Positions 28,456 to 41,844 of a stretch of 64,000 nucleotides of DNA are shown here, piece by piece. The DNA comes from the human T2T-CHM13v2.0 reference genome, Homo sapiens, in the NCBI RefSeq assembly GCF_009914755.1, contig NC_060934.1, one strand, 5' to 3'. Positions within the stretch are counted from its first letter, which is position 1; the number at the start of each line of letters is the position of its first letter. The notes below the pieces were generated by a model, which saw only the letters and a program-made list of their open reading frames with translations, was not told the origin of the DNA and searched no databases. The position numbers and the translations under genes were made by a program.

Positions 28456-29985
28456 TGTGTTTTGCCTCTCGGAACCAAGAGGAAAAAGAGAAAGGAGGAG
28501 GAAATGAAACACGATGACCTCTGGACCCCTACTCCAAAATGTGTCCCCCCTCGGTGGGGCTGGCAGTGTTGGTTGGAGGAGCAGGCGTGCTCTGGGAGTC
28601 GAGTCCTGAGTGGGACCACCCCGAGGTCTGGCAGGAATGGAACATGCCGGCAGAGCTCTGGGCCCAGTGGTATCTACAGATTTAATTACTTACAACACAT
28701 TTTTATACCTCGTAAGTATTGACTCCCTATTTTGGAGTCCTCTTGGCAGCGATCCCACAAGGGAGCTATGGATGCCTTGGGAAAGATCTGGTGCTGAAGT
28801 TCACACTCACAGCAGATGTGCAGACATTGCACACGCAAGCACACGGGGCTGTAATGGAAGCACTATCAGTAAATGAATAAATAGTGTGGACGACATCTCC
28901 CTGATTTGTCACATTTTATAGAATAGCCCGGCATCCCCTACGTGTCTCCCTCCCGTCCACATCGTAGCTCAGCTGTCAGCCGGTGCAGGCTCAGCACATC
29001 TCCTGGGTCTGGCAGGTGAACGAGCTGGGAGTCTGTGTCTCTGTGTAAGCCCCTCTGCCGGCCGGCTTGCTTTAATTAATGTCTGTGTGCGCCCAGGCAA
29101 GCACTTGTGCACAACTACCTCGTGTCACCTCCACCCCCAACACTCATGAGAGCCCATAAAATTAAGAGTTAACTTTCAGCGATGTGTATAAGCAAGGCTA
29201 TTTTTCCCTTTCTGCTGTTTTTTTTTTTTTTTCCTGGAGCCGGGTACTTAATTCTTTCTGTTGCCTTTTTATTTACTGCCTCAACATCTACAGGGTTGCA
29301 CTCTACACTTCTTTCAAAAATTAAGTGAGAAATCCACTTTCCATAAATTAAAACAGTAACTTCAGGCCAGGAGCTTTGAAGCAGCAATTCTCCCAACCCC
29401 CGTCTCCCCACCCGCAGCAAAAACAAATAAAAAGAAATAATAAAAGAAAAAGCCCTCTCAGATCGGAGTGATTATGTAATTCTGCAGATGCCTTGCCTTT
29501 GGGGCAGCCACTGGGACGCTGGGCAGAAGCAAATTAAGTGATTAGTAAAGAAAAAAGGCAGAGGAAAAAAAAAAGTCAAAGGATGTGAACGGAGAGAAAG
29601 GAAGCCTTCCCTGTCGTTTCCCCCGCGACTGTACAGAGAACTGCTAAGAAATGATACTTGAAGTTATATTTATTATTGTAAGAGGGTATGATATTTCTGG
29701 GCAGGAATGATGGATGACAACTTGAATTTGTGTCCAGGGAATGAAGGTGAACTGTGACAGAGTTATTTATCTTGGGAATGGAGGTTAGGGTCAGCCGAGG
29801 CTGGGTGCCTGAAGGCACAAGACATTGACAAATTTATCCTGCAGGCCGTATCTGAAGCCCTTTGTTTTGGATCCTGGCTACTCACTAAGTGACCCTCATC
29901 CTTCATGTTGGCAATGCGTGAAGGATGCGGTGGGTGCCAGCGGCCCCTTCTCCCCCGCCGCCCCCGCCCCGACTCCTGCTACTAA

Positions 29986-30348
<363 letters not shown>

Positions 30349-31636
30349 TGAGTTTTATGTGTCAGCTAAATTAAAGTATGTGAAATACAGTTCGTGGGCA
30401 GACAAAGCATTCTGTCTTCTGGCACTCGGGACACTTCAGAGTAATTTATTATAGGTCATTCATAAATGAAACGCACCATTATATCTTCCTGTTGCTCCAT
30501 TTTAGTGTAGAGATCTAAGTTATGGCTGTGAAGAAATCTTTTTAATAGATAAAAATAGAGAAAGAAAATAATGTCACCGCTGCAGAGGCAGCGAAGCCCA
30601 GTCTGTTTGCTTGGGCTTGTGTGGGAGGGCGACCTCTGGTGGGAAGTCCCGGGTAATGCCGCCAAGCAAACTTCCTCTCCTGGGAGGTTTCTGGAAGGCT
30701 CTGGGGCAGGCTTGGGGAACCGTTTTGGTGAGGGAAAGGAGCTAAGGTGGCAGAGACATGTGAAGCCCAGGCCTGGCTATGCCCTCACTGGGGGATACCA
30801 TGCTCTGGTGATGAGAGGCCTAGGGGACCCACGACAGTGTATGGCCTCCTCTATGGAGGCAAGGACCTAGTCAGCCTAGGGTGAGACTTACGGGCACTAA
30901 CTGCTCTGGATTCTGTAGTGGGGATGGAAACAGGGAACCCTTGCTGCAACCTAAGGCCCGTAGCTCCTGCATTGTTAGTGTAGTGGATTACCCGGCACTA
31001 GAATGCCAGCTCGATGGGACAGGGAGTTTCCTTGGTTTTGTTAACTCCTCTGTTCTTCACACTAAGAATAGTGCCTGGCACCAAGTACAAGCTCAATAAA
31101 TATTTGAGGGATGAATGCATCATTATCATTAGCTATTCCTTATTGAGCACTCCTAGGAATGAGGCATGGTGCTGGGTTCTTTATGTGTGTTGTTATTCAT
31201 CCTTACCAAGCCCTGTGAGAAGGGTGTGTCTTTTCCATTTACCTAGACATAGAAAGAGGTGAGGTGTAGGCACACAGCCAGACACTAGCAAGATGCTAGG
31301 TCCTGGATGATTCAGTGTCAACTGTGTTGTGTCCAAAGTCCAATGTCTGCATTCTACTGTGTTGCTTCAGACTCAGTGGTCCAATGGCTTTGTTTTATTG
31401 GATGGAACATTTGAGACCTGGAGTAGTTAAACCACTTGTTCACATTCATACAATAAGTTAGAAATAGAAAAGGAGACAAGGCATTTTCCTCTAGAGTATA
31501 AAATAAAATCAGATATACATGTAAGGCTTGGCACATATGCATATGCCAGCATTTAAGAATGATTTGCAGAAGTATTTGTTAGCTACTGTTTATACTTCAA
31601 GCCATAAGTTAATGTTTTCTTTATTCTCTCAGATAT

Positions 31637-31977
31637 TGTCTCAGTCAGCTCTTGCTGCTACAGCACAGTACCGTACATGAGGTGGCTTAAACAACAAACA
31701 TTTATTTCTCACAGTCTGGAGGCTGGAGGTTTGAGATCAGGATGCCAGCAGGGTTGGTTTCTTGGTGAAGATACTTTCTCACTGTATCATCACATAGCAG
31801 AGAGAGAGGAAGCAAGCTTTTTCAAGTCTCTCCTTATAGGGGCACTGATCCCATCAGAGAGATCTACCCTTATGACCTAATCACCTCCCAAAGGCCTCAT
31901 CTCCACATACCATCATTTTGGGGATTAGAATTTCAACATATGAATTTGAGGGAAGAACAAACATTCAGACCATAGTA
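31637..31977 (-). mobile_element. MaLR LTR (MLT1A-like)
   Basis: tgtctcagtc...ggtggcttaaacaacaaacatttatttctcacagtctggaggctgg...aacattcagaccatag. Confidence 0.85.
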
Positions 31978-32904
31978 TTATAAATATGCTCCTTGTGGTC
32001 ATTATTGTCACTTTGATAGAAGTAGAAGGGGAGGGCCTACATGTAAATTCACAGTCTTTGTCATAATGAAATTTTGGTGGAATTTTCCCTTCTTATGTCT
32101 GTTAGTCAACCAAGTTTCCCAATCACTCTTTGAAAAACTTTGTAGTCTTATGGCTTTCTAGGCTGTCTTAGATGATCAGTTGGCCAATATTCTCAAATAA
32201 ATCAAGGACAGAAGGATTTTTAGACATGTCCTGTGTCCCAGGTCTCCGTAGAATATTAGGGTCCATGGACTTTGGTTCATGTCTCAGCTTAATCATATTT
32301 AGCGGTGTGACCTTGGACAAGTTATCTTCTGTGAGCTTCTTTTTCTCATTTTTAAAGAAATATGTTGGACTGGTCGATGGTTTTATTCACAGTATTGCTG
32401 TCACCAGAGATAAGCAGGCCTCTTGGCTTCAGAGTGCTGAGAGGTTTTCTTTGTCTTTGGTTGAGTCCTTTCCCTATTCTGTGCCTCCACTTTTCCAATC
32501 TGTAGCAGTAATGCTAAGGGAGTAATGGTAATGGCCTAGGAGGGACCGAAGCAGAAGACACTGTGTGGCTGTAAACCTGACCAGTGATATCACTGGTGCT
32601 GTTGTAGCACATTTTCTTATCAGTGAATATTCTGAATAGACTTCTTTCCTTTTTTCTCCTCTGCTCTACTAATGTGATTGTGAAGATCATCTTCCCCATC
32701 TACTTGACTCAGAAGTCACAGAGAAAGGTAGGTAAAATCAGGCAATAACAGCACATGCTATCTTCTCAACCCAGCACTTCTGATGCCACTTTTTCAGCTA
32801 AATGACTCTCCTACCTAACTGTGAGAATGTTGCAGGCTTTCCAACAATTTCTAGGTTCCATATTGTTATTGCCACCCCATGAAATGCTTTAGATATGGCC
32901 TCTA

Positions 32905-33358
32905 TACATTAGCTTTTGCTGCATAATAATCCACCCCAACATTTAGTGGCTTAAAACAACAAATATTTACAATTCTATAGATCAGATGTTTGGCCAGGGC
33001 TCAGCAGGATGGTTCTTCTGCTAGTCTTATTCTGGGTCAGTCATGCAGCCACATCTACCTGGAGGCTCAACTGGGGCTGGATGGTCTAAGATGACCTCAC
33101 TCATATGTCTGGAGGTTGGTACTGGGTGTTGGCTAAACTACCTGTCTCTTAACAGGCTAGCATAAGACACTTCACATGGGAGGAGTATTCTAACAGCACA
33201 AGCCCCATAGTACAAGTAGTCTTCAAGTTCAACTTATATCATGTGTTAATGTCCCATGACCAAAGCAAGTCACATACCAACTGTAGAATAAATATGGGAA
33301 GGGACTGCACAGGGTGTATGTATAAAGAAGCATAATTCATTTCTGTAACAATCTACCC
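32905..33358 (-). mobile_element. MaLR LTR (MLT1H-like)
   Basis: ttagcttttgctgcataataat...ttagtggcttaaaacaac...ccaaagcaagtcaca...gtaacaatctacc. Confidence 0.7.
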
Positions 33359-33734
33359 AGGAGACCTTGGCATTGGCATCTTGTCTCCTTCAGATTTTAC
33401 TTTATATTTGTGATAAAGGGAGCCCTAGAAACAAGTAACTATTGGCCTCCTAAAAAAGTATTAGCTCTTTTGTGTAAATTGAATCTTTAAACAAGTTAGG
33501 AAGCTTGCTGCCAAATGAGGTTTTATCTTGAATCCTTTTGTGAAGTTAGCTTTATTTTAAATTTTTTTGGTTTGTATTTTGGCATATGTAAAATGGTTAT
33601 TCACCCCACCTACCATGTAAAATCTAGATTTTTCCACTTTGGTTTGACTCAAAGTTAAATGTGTCTATAATAATGCTGTAGGTTCCTAGACCCTGGACAC
33701 TTGGGTCATTGGCTTCTTTAATCCTTTAGCAAGA

Positions 33735-33990
33735 GGGATTATCACATAGTGGTTAAGAACAACAGGCTCTGAAGGCAGACTTCCTGAGCTTCTACCCTAA
33801 ACCTGCCACTTTTCTGCATGACCTTGGGCAAGTGATTTAACATCTCTATGTTTTGGTTTCCTTTGAAAATGCAGACAATGCTAGTACCCATCCCATAGGT
33901 TGTTTTGAAGATTATTCTAAGTATCTCAGACATATTAGATTCTAGTAACATAGTAAGTGCTATGTAAGGGTTACTATTATTGTTGTTGTT
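33735..33990 (+). mobile_element. MIR SINE
   Basis: catagtggttaagaacacaggctctg...tgaccttgggcaagtgatttaacatctct...catagtaagtgct. Confidence 0.8.
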
Positions 33991-36583
33991 ATTATCCTAG
34001 AGAATTGTGTAAACTCATCTGGTTTGACTTGGGCCACATTGTAACCAAGGCCAGAGTACAGATATACTTCTGAGTTTAGAATGGTTCTTTGACTTGCATA
34101 ATTTAATATTGCCCTAATGGCATTCCGTGAGTTGGGTACTGTTGGTGAATAATTACTCTCATTTTTATGGAAAAACTAGGAGTGGATGAGCTCTCTGAAG
34201 TCACATAGATTGTCAGTAGTGGGGCTTAGTCTAGAACCCAGGTATGCTGATTCCCAGCTCCAGACTCTGAAACCCAAAGGAGCGGCAATCATTGTACAAG
34301 GAGAGGAGCCAAGATACAGGAGGAGTCAGCATCCTGAGCCTGCCTCTGCAAGGTCCTGCTCCCAGCTGGGGCTGCTGGGAGTCTGCTCTTAAAAGGGATT
34401 CCAGAGCCCAGAACCAGCATCTGGAAAATTTCTTCTGTGTTCATCAGTCAATGCCTCCCTGCCATCTGCATACCTCCTGCTGGACCTCCCATCTTTTTCC
34501 ACCAGCCCTTTTTCTCATTGTGTTCAGCCCTCGTGTTGATATCCTGCTCTGGTATATCTGAAAGCCTGGTTGTCTGAGATTACCTTATCTCTTGGTTCGT
34601 AGGGATCTCATTTTCTTTCTTTGTTTCATTGAGACTGGCCAGGTAGTCACTGGCTATGGACTTGAACCCCTTCCCCACTGCTCACACTCTTTCTCTCTCT
34701 CTCTCTCTCACACCCAACCACGAGCATGCACACGCCATCCCCAACTCTTCCACCAGGAGGGGTGGGATATTTGGTAATGGTCTCAGCCATATCATGTCTG
34801 AATAATCAACCCCAAGTAAGGTTGACCACCTGAAAATTCAGGAAAGTGTAGATAACCTTTGCGCAATCAAATGATTCTCCCCCACTTTCCTTTTGGGGTG
34901 TGTGGGGGGCACATAAGCAGATTTTATTTGGAATCACACTTCATCTTCTGTCTCCCTATTTGCTTCAGCACATGTACTGAATAGCCAATGAGTTTGGATT
35001 ATAGTGCCAGCACGAAGAAAGAATGGTGCTACATGTTACACAGCTGGGCTGTGGCACGGAGACCACTCCAGCGAGTCAGAGGTGGGACTGGAGTTCCCAT
35101 AGCCATTTGCTGTGTCATCTTAGGAACGATTTGCTGTGTCATCTTAGGAAAGTCTCTGTACCTTGTCAGGGGCCTCAGTTTCTTTATAAAATGGTTAACA
35201 CAAACTTCAGCATATTGTTGAGAGGTTTAAATGGTATAATATGTAGGAAATCACTTTGTTAAAGACTTTACAATTTCTTGGCATATTTTACTGTTAGCCA
35301 ATGCCTCGATGCGTCAAAAGAAGTAGCCCAAATTGGAAGGAAGGATCTGAGGTACAGCACATAGCCCGGTGATGGCACCTGTGCTGTCACACAGAAACAT
35401 GTAAGAACCCTCATGTTCCAGTGTTTTAAATTTTGCTTTTGTGTTAGGAAATTATAAGTCACTTTTTCCTCTAGAAATGCAGTTTCTTTAAGATCTGGGT
35501 TTAAATCCAGACTCTATCATGTACTAGCTGTGTGACCGTTAACCCGTTTCCTTAATTGTTATTTCAGCATGATAAATTTCTGACATATGTGAATAAAAAT
35601 GAGGTATGTCATTATGCTGTATATTTAGTATTCAAAAACCCAGTATTAGGATTAGCTGTGGTTAAAATCATCCCAGTGGTTATGGAGGTTGCCCTTTAAC
35701 CCGCAGCTGAGCCCAGAGGGAGGGATGTGTCCATTCTCACCTGGGACAGCTTCGGACCCGCACAACTGGACACAGGCTAGGAGGCTTCCCTCCTCCCTCA
35801 TGCTCCAAACTTTCAAGGCAAGATGCTGCTTTGATCTTGGGCCCTCTGCAGAAAATCTCCTTTGGCAAGCCTCCCCATGACAGCTGGGCTCTGCAATGGC
35901 AACTTTCTGCAGACAACACTGAAAAAAAATCTCAACGCTAAGTACCCCGGAGAAGACTTGATGAGGGAAACCAGGTGTGTGCCGGGAACCCAGCTGGAGA
36001 GAGTTGAAACTGTGCCAGGTAGCTACACATTTTTAAAAAAGGTACCCTTAGGAGAATCCCTGAAATGATCCCCACTGCAGTGGTCTTGATTAGCCAGGGA
36101 CACCAGGTTTCTTCCACAGATTGCCTGTGGTCAATTTTCTATGCATCTTGACAAAAAAGAAATGTGAGAAGTTCTATGTTGGATCTCAAAACCAGCCAAC
36201 ATAAGGCTGTGTTTGTCCTTGCTGACCCAGGAGACAAAGAAACCAATTAAAACTTCTCATGTTTTATCCTCTGGTGGTGCTATCAGCATAAAGGCGAAGG
36301 ACTGGTCTAGAGCATGCATGCAGGGAGGAGGTGCTAGTGCTTCCTGCCTGGTGTGGATTTGGGGGAGACCACCTGACTCAGCCAAAAGTATCATTTATAG
36401 TAGGTAGTTGAAAGGCTTAGGAAGATGGAGCTTCTGCCATACAAAATACCCAAAAGCAGGCAGGCTCTTAGAAATCTCTTTGATTCATTGGCAAAGGATG
36501 GCTGAAGCTTCTTGGAACCTGCAGACCCCTTGCCCAGGAAAGTCCCATGATCAGAGCATTCAAATGATCCACTTCTTTGTGGC

Positions 36584-37803
36584 CAGGGACAGATCCAGGT
36601 TTGGGGAGTGTGAAACCTCTGTAATTTGAGGGAGCCCTCTTAAATACTATATAATCAGGAATGCAAAATTAGGTATGAAATGAATGTTTATTTGGAATAG
36701 AACTGTATCAAAGGAAATTTTAAAATTTTAAGTTGATAAATTTCACAAATGTCAAAATACCTAGAAAAGTATCAATCTTTATTGAAGATATGCCTCTAGA
36801 GAAACTTTTTTCCTGCAAATTTCTCATAGTTTCATTATTTGGTGAAATTTTGTAATTTTTTTCTAGAGAGAATAGATAATTCCCTCTTTTAGCATGGTTG
36901 ATCGAAAATTGATTTTTTAAAATAGTTTAGAAATGTTTCTTTCAGTTTCACCATTTGTTATTGGTAGTTTCACCACTAAATTATTGGTAAAACTTTTAGG
37001 ATTATTACATTTTGGAGAAACTCTTACACATTTCTTTCATATATGATAGGAGCTGTATAAGATTTCAGGACATTTTGGCCGGGCACAGTGGCTCACACCT
37101 GTAATCCCAGAACTTTGGGAGGCCGAGGCAGGTGGATCTCCTGAGATTAGGAGTTCGAGACGAACCCAGGAGGCAGAGGTTGCAGTGAGCCGAGATCACG
37201 CCATTGCACTCCAGCCTGGGCGACAGAGTGAGACTCTGTCTCAAAAAAAAAGATTTCAGGACATTTTAAGTTGTGTGTGTGTTGATGTGTAGGCATGTAT
37301 ACATACACTTAACAACTGAATCTTAAATGTTCTTTGAATTGATGAATGAGTTTGTTAATCATTTTGCCATCAGTTTTATGTTGGTCCCTGCATATTTGTG
37401 TTAATATGGTGGATAGTAAGAGTATTACTGGAAGCCATTCCTACTGATACTGTTGGAAGAATTTAACTAGACACAGAAGTGACTGCAAATTATACAAATA
37501 TTCCCCCACTGAATCATAATTAAATGTTACTCCTACACAATGTACCCTTAGGTGGGGATTCCCATAGACATTCCCATTGTTACTCAGCTGAAGGGAAAAT
37601 GTGGTAGAAGTCCTAGTGGAGCGAGACAGTGATCTCCACAGATTATAGTGTAAATTACCTACTTTTTCAAATTAAAAAAAAAAAAATCACATGATCATGT
37701 GACTCTATTACCAGGGTCTTTCCCAGGGCCTTGGAAGGGGCCTATGCAAGCAAGAAACCCTTGACGCATGAGCTTTATTAGCTCCATGGTAGATCTACAA
37801 GTG
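36584..37803 (+). mobile_element. Zaphod/MER115-like hAT-Tip100 DNA transposon derivative, interrupted by an Alu
   Basis: Left end cagggacagatccaggttt...aaaattaggtatgaaa; right end cccagggccttggaaggggcc...ttagctccatggtagatc; both resemble the recalled consensus termini. Confidence 0.65.
37077..37251 (+). mobile_element. Internally deleted AluS (~175 bp) with 18-bp TSD
   Basis: Left-arm 5' part fused at 37161/37162 to right-arm 3' part; TSD AAGATTTCAGGACATTTT at 37059-37076 and 37250-37267. Confidence 0.93.
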
Positions 37804-39000
37804 AAGGTTCACTCAACTTAATCTAGGCCTACTTCCCCGAACATGGTGGCCAGCTAGGCTTCCTTCACTCGTCATTAAATGTTGAGAAATGACTGGCATT
37901 TCAATCCAACTCAGTTTCCCAATATTTCCTCAACTTAAAAGCCTTGCCAGTTTGGGGTTCCATTCCTGCATATCCCCACCTTCATACAGCAGACAGAAAA
38001 AAGAGCCAAGCTTTGAGGAATGTTTCCTAAGAGGAAAGTAGGTTTTGGTCCGGCCTTTCCATGTGCAGTAGAGAGGGCTTCCCTCAGTCGTGTAGGGCCC
38101 TTGTCTACATAAATAATTAGAATCACTCCAAGTCAGTATGTCAGCACCATTCTGGTAGCCCACTTTCTTGCAGTCCCACAAAAGAAATACTGTGCTGGCC
38201 AGAAGCAGTAGTCAGCTTGTCTGGCTGTCCTTCCTGGAACAAGGGCCTGGCCTTGAGGTTTTAAGACAGCCTGATCCAGACATGAGTTCTAGTGCTCCTT
38301 GGAGCATCTGATGGGTCGCATGGGTGGGCTAGAAAGTTGGAGCAAACCATGAAGGGGAGAAACCAAGCCTGGGACTGAGGCCCGTGCAGGTCCGGGTCTA
38401 GGTCCAGGCCTGGGGTACTCTACCTGAATGACACCATCCAGTCCTGGGTATTGGAAGGGGACTTAGGACATTCTGAGGAAGGTACTTGAAAGCACAGGGC
38501 ACCTGAGGTGTCTGTGCCCATATCTAAGGGCAATACTAGCAATGAGACTTTTTTCTTTGTTTTTTTTTTTTTTCTTTTGTTGTTGTAGTAATGACTGTGA
38601 AGTATTTAAAGATAGAAACTGCTAGAAAAGCTGAACTTACCCTGGAATTGTTCACTGTCATTTTAATTGGCTCTATTTAAATAATTTTCCTGAAGAGTAT
38701 GATGATTGAACTTTAGTAAGTGTATTTTGTCTCCAGGGATTTTGATTCCTGGCCACCCACCCCTCTGTACTCCCAACCTCATCCCCCTGGTGTGGGACCT
38801 TCTCTCCAGTCTCTATATGAACTCCCATTCTCACCTCCTCATTCTAGTGTTCCTGTATGGCCATCTCTGGATGTTATTTGTGAAAGATTTGAGAGATTGA
38901 AAACAAACTTCCATGTCTATTTCTCTGTCTTTGTTTGGGAAGCAGGGAGGATGTTGGTGAATTGAAGCCAACAGCAAATGAGTGTGCTCACAACTTTCTT

Positions 39001-39626
39001 TTGCTAGTTTCCCCTCTTACTAGTTTCCCTCTCTTGCTAGTTTCCCCTCTCTTGTTAGTTTCCCCCTCTTGCTTGTTTCCCCTTCTCTTGCTACTTTCCC
39101 CTCCCTTGCTAGTTTCTCCCCTCTCTTGCTAGTTTCCCCCTCTCTTGCTAGTTTACCTTCTCTTGCTAGTTTTTCCCCTCCTTTGTTAGTTTCCCCCTCT
39201 CTTGCTAGTTTACCTATTCTTGCTAGTTTTTCCCCTCCCTTGCTAGTTTCCCCCTCTCTTGCTACTTTACCCTGTCTTGCTAGTTTCGCCCTCTGGTTAG
39301 TTTCCCTCTCTTGCTAGTTTCGCCCTCTGGTTAGTTTCCCTCTCTTGCTAGTTTCCCCCTCTGGTTAGTTTCCCTCTCTTGCTAGTTTCCCCCTCTCTGG
39401 TTAGTTTCCCTCTCTTGCCAGTTTCCCCCTCTCTTGCTAGTTTCCCCCTCTTGTTAGTTTCCTCCTCTTGCTAGTTTCTCCCTCTGGTTAGTTTCCTTCT
39501 CTTGCTAGTTTCCCCCTCTCTTGTTAGTTTCCCCTCTCTTGGTAGTTTCCCCCTCTGGTTAGTTTCCTCCTCTTGCTAGTTTCCCCCTCTTTTGCTAGTT
39601 TCCCTCTCTTGCTAGTTTCACCTCTT
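39001..39626. repeat. Pyrimidine-rich minisatellite, about 35 units of 16-20 bp (consensus TTGCTAGTTTCCCCCTCTC)
   Basis: Units counted by eye; contains higher-order trimer and dimer blocks. Confidence 0.97.
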
Positions 39627-40489
39627 CTGCTTGTACTCTGCTTCTCATTGTCTCTGGCTGCTCTCACCTAGGGTATAGCATTTGGCCTTGCATATGATGG
39701 AGGCAGAGCATGTGTACAAAGAATGCTTGAAGGAACTTAGTTTGGAGAATAAAAGATTTAAGGAAGACATGTGAGCTTCAAATATCTGAAGCTTCATCAT
39801 GTGGAAGAGAAGAAGCCTTATTCTTTGTGACCCCAAGCAGTTAAATTGGGTCACTGAGTAGAGGTTAGAGAAAGATTCAATTCCAGGGGAAAGGAAAACT
39901 GTTATGGTTGTCAGAAATGGAATGTGCTATGTCGTGGTGATTGCTTGGCAAATATTTTAGGGACCCAATTCCGACATTGGTTGGATTTTGAATTCATTCT
40001 TTTGTGACAAGTTGAAATGAAGTATGAGGAAATCTGTGTAACAGCCCAAGGTTAGATAACATCCTCACAGAGCAAGAACATCCCTTTTCTTTGATTTTAC
40101 CTTCTCCTAGGTTCAAGTGGACCCCACTTCTGGGAACTGTAATCTGAGTCTTTCACGCTTGCATATGGCATTTCTTCTACCCTTGTATGTTTTGTTCCTG
40201 TAGCTCTGCTGCCATTCCCTGGCTGGGACCCCCTTTTATCTGCCAACTTGGTTAACTCCTCTCTCATATGTCTCTCGAAGTCACGGCCTAACCAGGCATG
40301 CCTATCTAACCATCACCTTACCTAGGCTCAGCTTGTCTGTATGTGGCTTAAGCCAGGAGTTAGTATGGGGACTAAGTTGTCATTAAACCCTTTCCAGTAC
40401 CTGTGATTCTGTGAATCTATGGCTCTTGCTTTATTTGGTTTGGCCATGATTGGACAGTGGGTCCCACTGGAAGATGGCTCCTGGAATAA

Positions 40490-40926
<437 letters not shown>

Positions 40927-41131
40927 TAAGTTTTATGGTTTTGCATATTGTAAAAATATTTTACTCTATGGAATCTTCCCTTTTGGTGTGTTTTAGAAAC
41001 AGAACTATAGAGGAAAGAAAAATATGATGGGACAATCAAGTTTATTCATTCTTCCTCAGATGATCTGGACTTAGTCTTACCTGCCTAGCGAAAGTTGGGC
41101 TGTGTTCCCAACAGTGGGAGTGAAAAAGTAG

Positions 41132-41422
<291 letters not shown>

Positions 41423-41634
41423 TGAGTGTCCAGGGGTTGGACCATGGTGGGCAAAGGGAAAAAGAGAAACTTTAGGGGATGATATTATACTCTGGGGTGC
41501 ATAGTAGATGTTTGGTACATATCAGTGGGTTTCCCATGACAATGTTAAACTTTTACCTTTTGGTAACCTATAGCCATTGTCTCTCTTGGTTGAGGTCACA
41601 AAAGCTAAGAAAGATGAAAAGTTATTGCCTTTTC

Positions 41635-41844
41635 TACTTTTTTTGTGAAGTGCCAGATATTAAGTATTTTAGGTTTTCCAAGTTACATGGACTTGTCACA
41701 ACTACTCAGCCCTGCTTTCATAATGCAGAAGTAGTCATACATAATTTGTGAACAAATGGGCATGGCTTTGTTCCAGTAAAGCTTTATTTACAAAACAGAT
41801 GGCAGGCCAGATTTCACCCATGGGCTGTAACTTGCTGACCCCTG
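41635..41844 (-). mobile_element. MER58A (hAT-Charlie)
   Basis: gccagatattaagtattttagg...ttccagtaaagctttatttacaaaacagatggcaggccagattt...ttgctgacccctg. Confidence 0.8.

Noticed and set aside
38935-39317. Repetitive Leu/Ser/Pro ORFs, and a CRISPR-like look of the array
   Set aside because: Minisatellite translation; units are contiguous with no unique spacers, and the DNA is primate
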